Assembly: GCA_963767735.1 (NCBI GenBank)
Contig: CAVYES010000007.1
Location: 32,001-96,000, forward strand
Length of the DNA stretch: 64,000 bases
Direction of reading: 5' to 3'
Source: Candidatus Bathyarchaeota archaeon
GTDB lineage: Archaea > Thermoproteota > Bathyarchaeia > Bathyarchaeales > Bathycorpusculaceae
A program made the position numbers and the translations under genes. Each line of letters begins with the position of its first letter. The stretch's first letter is position 1. The notes below the pieces were generated by a model. That model made no database searches and was not told the DNA's origin. It worked only from the letters and a program-made list of their open reading frames with translations. This document shows, in pieces, positions 60,122 through 64,000 of the stretch.

Positions 60122-60736
60122 ATGTCACATGTGTCAGATTCAATTAAAGGGCGGCGAAGCGTCAGAAAATATTTAGCTCAGCCTGTACCGCAAAAAGCGA
60201 TTGAGGAGGTTTTGGTGGCTGCTGGCTGGGCACCTTCAGCACATAACGCTCAGCCATGGCGATTCATAGTTATAGCCGATGCTCAGGTTAAACGGGAGTT
60301 GGCGGGGGCGATGGCTAAAACTTGGGCTGCGGACATTGCTAAAGAAAGCGTCTCCGTTGAACCTGAAATATTTCGGCTTCGTATGGAAAGATTCGCCACG
60401 GCACCGGCATTGATTATGGCCTGTTTAAGCATGGATAGCATGGCTAAATTCTCAGATGATGAGAAGCAGGGGTGCGAGCGGGATTTAGCGGTACAAAGCG
60501 TAGCGGCTGCCTTAGAGAACTTGTTGTTGGCTGCGCATTCCATGAGGTTGGGTGCATGCTGGTTCTGTGCACCTGCTTTTTGCAAAGGAACCGTTCGGCA
60601 AGTTTTGGGGATTCCAGCACAGGTTGAACCTCAAGCGTTGATTGCGCTTGGGTACCCGGCTGAGGAGCCGCCTGTGCCACCTAGGAAGCACCTTAGCGAG
60701 TACTGTTTCAGGGACAAGTGGGGCGAAAAGTTTTAG
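60122..60736 (+). CDS. Nitroreductase (FbiB C-terminal-like)
   Basis: RRSVRKY, APSAHNAQPWRF, LGACWFCAP. Confidence 0.88.
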   Translation: MSHVSDSIKGRRSVRKYLAQPVPQKAIEEVLVAAGWAPSAHNAQPWRFIVIADAQVKRELAGAMAKTWAADIAKESVSVEPEIFRLRMERFATAPALIMACLSMDSMAKFSDDEKQGCERDLAVQSVAAALENLLLAAHSMRLGACWFCAPAFCKGTVRQVLGIPAQVEPQALIALGYPAEEPPVPPRKHLSEYCFRDKWGEKF

Positions 60737-60910
60737 GATTTTACTATTGCAATCTTTAGTATCTTTTCCATCTTTTGACATCTTTCCGTATCTTTTTTAT
60801 ACTCAACTTGCAACAGAAACAAACGCTAAACCAAAAAATAAGCTCAAAAACAAATCCGCTAACCTATAGACCTACTCTGCTTTTTGGGCCAAAAATGCAC
60901 TGTGGAAGTT

Positions 60911-61303
60911 TCATTCTTTCTTGTCTGGGATAAAATCCATTGATATCGAGTTTACGCAGTGCCGAGTGTCTTTTTCTGTGAAGTGTTCGCCGGTGAAGAC
61001 GTGGCCTAAGTGGGCTCCGCAGTTGGCGCATTGGATTTCAGTTCGCATTCCATCGGGGTCAGGCAGCCGTTTAACTGCCCCTGGAATTTCCTCGTCGAAG
61101 CTTGGCCATCCGCAGTTTGCTTCAAACTTGTTTTCTGAACGGTACAGCTTTGCTCCGCAGCGTTTGCAAACGTAGGTGCCTTTTTCCCAAAAAGCAAAGT
61201 ATTTGCCGGTGAAGGGCGTTTCGGTGCCTTTTTGGACGATGACGCGTTCCTCTTGGGGAGTAAGTGTCTTGGTTTCGTTTGGAAAAGTAGACATAATTAC
61301 CAC
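60911..61303 (-). CDS. msrB: Methionine-R-sulfoxide reductase (Cys form)
   Basis: GTETPFTG, CGWPSF, HLGHVF, RHCVNS. Confidence 0.95.
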   Translation of the reverse strand: MVIMSTFPNETKTLTPQEERVIVQKGTETPFTGKYFAFWEKGTYVCKRCGAKLYRSENKFEANCGWPSFDEEIPGAVKRLPDPDGMRTEIQCANCGAHLGHVFTGEHFTEKDTRHCVNSISMDFIPDKKE

Positions 61304-61401
61304 TAATAATCATGTTCTTGGATTGTAAAAAACATTCTGCCGCAGTTGTCGCCGACAAACAAATATAGGGGTAACTTGTTAAGTAAATATAGGTTTTTTA
61401 C

Positions 61402-61683
61402 ATGGTTGAAATTACAAGATTATTTTGGAAAAAAGCATTTACATCGGACGCAATTTTGTTAGGTGAAGTGGAAAGTGCTGAGGTAGATGAGAGTACTTGG
61501 CAGATAACTAATTTCTATGTGGGTTTAACTGATGAAGCAACGAAAATGCTGGGGTTTAAGAGGCCCTATCTTGGTAAAGTGCACGTTTGCTTGCCAGTTT
61601 CCACCATTAAAACATTTCAGGACACAGCTATCTTAAACCATACCCTGCAGGAGCTTCGCAACCTCAAAGAATGCAAAGAATAA
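61402..61683 (+). CDS. PRC-barrel domain protein
   Basis: KKAFTSDAILLGEV..VDESTWQI. Confidence 0.7.
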   Translation: MVEITRLFWKKAFTSDAILLGEVESAEVDESTWQITNFYVGLTDEATKMLGFKRPYLGKVHVCLPVSTIKTFQDTAILNHTLQELRNLKECKE

Positions 61684-61989
61684 CCAAATTTTACGGGCCC
61701 TAAAGTAAAAGGCAACCCGATAACGCTACTTAGTTAAATCGTAAGACCTTGGACGATACGGTTCTTAATGAAAGCTTTTCATATTTCTCACGTTTTAAGC
61801 GGCTACTGTAAATGTCGAGGGAAAAACATTGGCTTGCTGATGTCGACAGCCCGTTTTGGGTTTAATGATGAGATATTTTGAATTTAAAAAGCGTTCACTT
61901 TCACTCACCCCTCCACTGGGCAAAGTATCCTTTTCTTAGGTTGTTTTAAATACCCCATGCATTACATCATGTTCAAAGCGTGAAAGATA

Positions 61990-63051
61990 ATGAATGAAGA
62001 CGAAGACGTTGGAAACCAAAAAGAGACAGAAAATACAAAAACTGAGACGCCAGAAGCAGCCGAGAAAAAATACGAGTTCATAGAAGACCTTCCAGGAGTT
62101 GGCCCTGCAACAGCGCAGAAACTCCGAGAACTAGGCTACCACACTGTTGAATCTTTAGCCATGGCGACAGCGCGAGAGCTAGACCCAGTTGGAGTAAGCG
62201 AAAAAAAGGCTTTCCAAATCATAGATGCTGCACGCTCATCGATCGGAATTGCGTTCGTCCGAGCAGATGAACTTTTCAAAATGCGCCAAAACGTTTTACG
62301 ATTAGGTACAGGCAGCAAAGCCTTAGACAAATTAGTAGATGGCGGATTAGAATCTCAAACTATAACAGAGTTTTACGGCGAATATGGCAGTGGGAAAAGC
62401 CAAATATGCCATCAGCTTTGCGTAAACGTTCAGTTGCCCCCAGAACGAGGAGGACTCGACGGCGCAGCATTGTACGTGGATACCGAGAACACTTTCAGGC
62501 TTGAACGTATAGTGCAAATGTCTAAATTTTTAGGTTTAGATCCAGAAGAAGTAGCAAAAAAAATCATTTACGCTGAAGCATACACTTCAGATCACCAACA
62601 GTTTCTTCTCGAAAACGCTGATGAAATAATCAAGGCGAACAACATCAAACTAATCATAGTGGACTCGTTAACGGCACATTTCAGAAGCGAATATCTCGGA
62701 AGAGAAATGTTAGCTTCAAGACAACAAAAACTAAACAAGCACATGCACAAACTAATCGGTTTAGCCAGAGCATTCAACGCGGTGGCGGTCGTCACCAATC
62801 AAGTAATGGCTAAACCAGACCAATTCTTCGGCGACGCAATCCACCCGATCGGCGGAAACATCGTTGGCCACACAAGCCACACGCGCATCTACCTGCGAAG
62901 AGCACCCCATGGACCTACGCGAATTGCAAGGTTGGTTTCAAGCCCGTATTTGCCTGAAGGAGAAGAAATCCTTAAAGTAACCGAAAACGGAATAGAAGAT
63001 ATCTCTGAGGAAGAGAAAGCAGAGAAAGCAAGCAAAAGTCGTGGACGCTAA
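61990..63051 (+). CDS. radA: DNA repair and recombination protein RadA
   Basis: LPGVGP HhH, GEYGSGKSQ, DTENTFR, VDSLTAHFRSEY, TNQV. Confidence 0.97.
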   Translation: MNEDEDVGNQKETENTKTETPEAAEKKYEFIEDLPGVGPATAQKLRELGYHTVESLAMATARELDPVGVSEKKAFQIIDAARSSIGIAFVRADELFKMRQNVLRLGTGSKALDKLVDGGLESQTITEFYGEYGSGKSQICHQLCVNVQLPPERGGLDGAALYVDTENTFRLERIVQMSKFLGLDPEEVAKKIIYAEAYTSDHQQFLLENADEIIKANNIKLIIVDSLTAHFRSEYLGREMLASRQQKLNKHMHKLIGLARAFNAVAVVTNQVMAKPDQFFGDAIHPIGGNIVGHTSHTRIYLRRAPHGPTRIARLVSSPYLPEGEEILKVTENGIEDISEEEKAEKASKSRGR

Positions 63052-63053
63052 AC

Positions 63054-63515
63054 ATGCCAGTACCACAAGCCTTAGTCACACGGTATTTCCAGCTTATAGT
63101 AAGCAGGCAATTCACCGAAGCTGAACGGGAGCTGGAACGAGTCAAGCAAAAAATGCAGAAAACAGAGTGGAACAGAGGATACTTCCGAGCATTATATGGA
63201 ATGTATCTTTCACGGAAAAGTGGTGCTACCGACGACTACGCGTTCTTTTCGAAGCTTGACTTGAGCGATACGGCGGCTTTGCATACTTACAGAAAAGAGT
63301 TCCTCGACCACATGCGCAACGGCTTGCATGGAGATTTTGACCGCGGATACTTCTCAGCTTGGGCAGATTGTATGCGAATTTTAACACGCATGGAAATCCC
63401 CAAACCGCAAAATGGAAGCGACAAGGCAATAGTAGAAGAAAAAATTGAAACCCTAAGAAGCGACAAGAGCCAAGCCACAATCGCGAATTTCATCGAGAAG
63501 AGCGAAGACGAATAA
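63054..63515 (+). CDS. Hypothetical protein downstream of radA
   Basis: 2-nt spacing from radA; repeated W/F-x-RGY motif. Confidence 0.7.
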   Translation: MPVPQALVTRYFQLIVSRQFTEAERELERVKQKMQKTEWNRGYFRALYGMYLSRKSGATDDYAFFSKLDLSDTAALHTYRKEFLDHMRNGLHGDFDRGYFSAWADCMRILTRMEIPKPQNGSDKAIVEEKIETLRSDKSQATIANFIEKSEDE

Positions 63516-63532
63516 ACTTTTTTAAAAAAAGC

Positions 63533-63826
63533 TTATACGTAAACTTTTATCACTGTGTAAAATAGAACAAAGAAAGGTAACCAGGCGAAGAAGTACATGG
63601 CTACGGCTGTGCTTAATATTTTTGATTGTTTTTCTATCTTGTTTTTGTATACTGCTTTCAGAGCGTAGTATGATGCTAAGTAAATTATTAGGGCTACTGT
63701 GAAAGAGTTAACAAGGGTGGTTATGCTGGTCATGTCACCTATCAGATAAGCTACGACTGCACTTACTGCTCCCGCAATTATGCCTAACCCGACTCTTATC
63801 CAGTAAAGTTGTGTTATAGGCGTCAT
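63533..63826 (-). CDS. Archaeal EMC6/Rab5ip-like 3-TM protein
   Basis: LYWIRVGLGIIAG..YFFAWL.F..LFYT. Confidence 0.6.
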   Translation of the reverse strand: MTPITQLYWIRVGLGIIAGAVSAVVAYLIGDMTSITTLVNSFTVALIIYLASYYALKAVYKNKIEKQSKILSTAVAMYFFAWLPFFVLFYTVIKVYV

Positions 63827-64000
63827 GTCGCATCTAATCCATTGGCACAGTATATTTTACTCTTACTTAAAAAACATGCCTAGATATTAACCATTTCTTT
63901 CTGCCAAATGAAATTAATTGGGCACTTTGAATTTTTAGGTGAAAAGGTTATTTTATAATCAAGCTTGAGTATTACAAGCAGACCTGTGACGGCGGAAGCT

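Noticed and set aside
136-63493. Numerous short antisense or overlapping ORFs in the ORF track (e.g. 14994..15629, 50158..50676, 31893..32294)
   Set aside because: They are shadows of well-supported genes on the opposite strand or frame, with no motifs
63940-64000. BRE/TATA followed by a GC-rich start, possibly a stable RNA such as RNase P RNA
   Set aside because: Only about 20 nt are visible before the window ends, so it cannot be identified

Overview
Archaeal chromosomal window, most likely Bathyarchaeia (TACK). This is inferred from RadA, aEF-1alpha, a short crenarchaeal-type XPF, fwd/fmdDBAC, TATA/BRE promoters and an EMC6-like gene. From left to right it contains: GT2 plus a radical SAM gene; a type IV pilus locus with an ATPase, a TadC/FlaJ-type platform, about 7 pilin-like genes and a divergent repeat-containing surface protein; an 18 kb metal-cofactor supercluster; a site-2 protease and NifU; a tiny vapBC islet bounded by tRNA-Pro(CGG) and a decayed copy of it; XPF and EF-1alpha; a pseudogene-rich accessory region (about 40-58 kb); lsrF-like aldolase, a Zn-dehydrogenase, msrB and radA. 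In the supercluster, a LysR-regulated DsrE-TusA-double-cubane reductase-SelD (selenophosphate synthetase) operon runs directly into modE/modABC, mobB-mobB-mobA-moeA-fdhD and fwdDBAC. The accessory region carries a GDGT ring-synthase-like B12 radical SAM, a PTO1314-like radical SAM, several operators and a tandem repeat with a covarying hairpin. The best candidate for an undescribed system is the Cys-SelD/double-cubane/sulfur-carrier operon coupled to Mo/W-cofactor and Fwd genes. At least 8 single-base insertions split genes, including EF-1alpha, so most frameshifts are probably sequencing errors. All family calls come from motif recognition by eye; no database search was run.
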